From Podarcis muralis (Eukaryota), in the NCBI RefSeq assembly GCF_964188315.1, contig NC_135668.1:31248001-31312000 (forward strand): a DNA stretch of 64,000 nucleotides, given 5' to 3'. The position numbers were made by a program, and so were the translations under genes. Below the pieces are notes generated by a model. That model was given only the letters and a program-made list of their open reading frames with translations, had not been told where the DNA came from and searched no databases. Positions within the stretch are counted from its first letter, which is position 1; every line of letters starts with the position of its first letter. Below are positions 63,212 through 64,000 of the stretch, piece by piece.

Positions 63212-63553
63212 TACATCCAGCATCCAATTGCAAAAATAACAAGGGAGCTTTACAGTTGCACCGAGAGAGCTCTGTGTTTAAATGCATTTTTGGAACAGGA
63301 GGTTTGGGGGCTTTGGCTTATCCACCCTCCCGGGGCTGCCAGCGTGTAGCATCAGCGCAACACCACTGCCTGGTACCTCCCGGTGCTTTAACCTCCTTGC
63401 ATCTGGTTGAACAAAGGGCACTTGCTGACATTTGCAGCTCAGATCCCGAAGACGCCTCCGCTTTTCTGCCTGTAGGGGTGGCAGTGAAGATGGTGCTACC
63501 CCTCGACTTCCCTCCAGGGAGCTCACTGGCTTTGCTTTCCCTCCACCCCACAG

Positions 63554-64000
63554 GGTCAGATTTCTCTGGGCTGCAGGACTCGCTAAGCACCAGTAAGACG
63601 CTGAAGACCCTCCTCCATGGCAGCGCTGAGCCCTCTGGCATCACCTGGCATCGTCTCTTATCCACTGATGCTGCTGTCCCCACTGCGTGGCACCCAGACT
63701 TGCAGACTGGATCTGCTGTCCTTGATGCCAGCCAAGAAGAAACATCGAGGAGGCCAACGGAGGTGGAAGAAAGCAGAGCAGCAGTTGCCACTGGGAGAGG
63801 CACTCAGTTCCCCACTCAAGAGAGCACATTGGGGGCTGGCGGGCTGCCCCAACCAAGTCCACCCCTCATCACAACCAAGCCTGTGACCTTCTCAGTATTG
63901 CTTCCTGGGCCCATTTCCCCAAAGGATGTTGCAGGTCAAAATTCTTGGCCCTCTTCTCTTCCGGAAGAATCCTCCAGCCCTGGAGCTGGAGAGGAAGCCC
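63554..64000 (+). CDS. Unidentified gene, downstream mucin/proteoglycan-like exon (open at window end)
   Basis: Acceptor ctttccctccaccccacAG; phase-1 entry compatible with exon 2; 447 nt with no stop: (G)SDFSGLQDSLSTSKTLK...EESSSPGAGEEA. Not in the ORF track because it has no stop in the window. Confidence 0.65.

Overview
Vertebrate genomic DNA, almost certainly a squamate and probably a lacertid lizard (inferred from Sauria SINE, Squam3-type SINEs, and CR1/L2 tails). It corresponds to the human 16p12.2 gene block. In order: last coding exon of PLK1 (+); an intronless Ras-superfamily GTPase of the RASD/Rhes-like (fish rasd3/rasd4) type with a CaaX box (-); a repeat-rich intergenic stretch of about 18 kb; complete DCTN5 (-, 6 exons, 182 aa); a bidirectional CpG promoter; complete PALB2 (+, 13 exons, GC-AG intron 12); complete NDUFAB1 (+, 4 coding exons plus a 3'UTR exon); and the first exons of an unidentified signal-peptide, Ser/Thr/Pro-rich gene running off the right edge. 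The most striking accessory element is a 3338-bp non-autonomous Ty1/copia LTR retrotransposon in DCTN5 intron 4. It has identical 405-bp LTRs, a CAAAT target-site duplication, a half-tRNAiMet PBS and decayed gag/PR/IN, with no RT/RNaseH. Each LTR carries a sense copy of the 5' half of initiator tRNA-Met. Also notable are a nested pair of polyadenylated retroposons with TSDs, a diverged GATA-rich local duplication, and a Gypsy integrase fossil. Exon coordinates were read by eye from splice signals and recalled orthologue sequences; no database searches were run.
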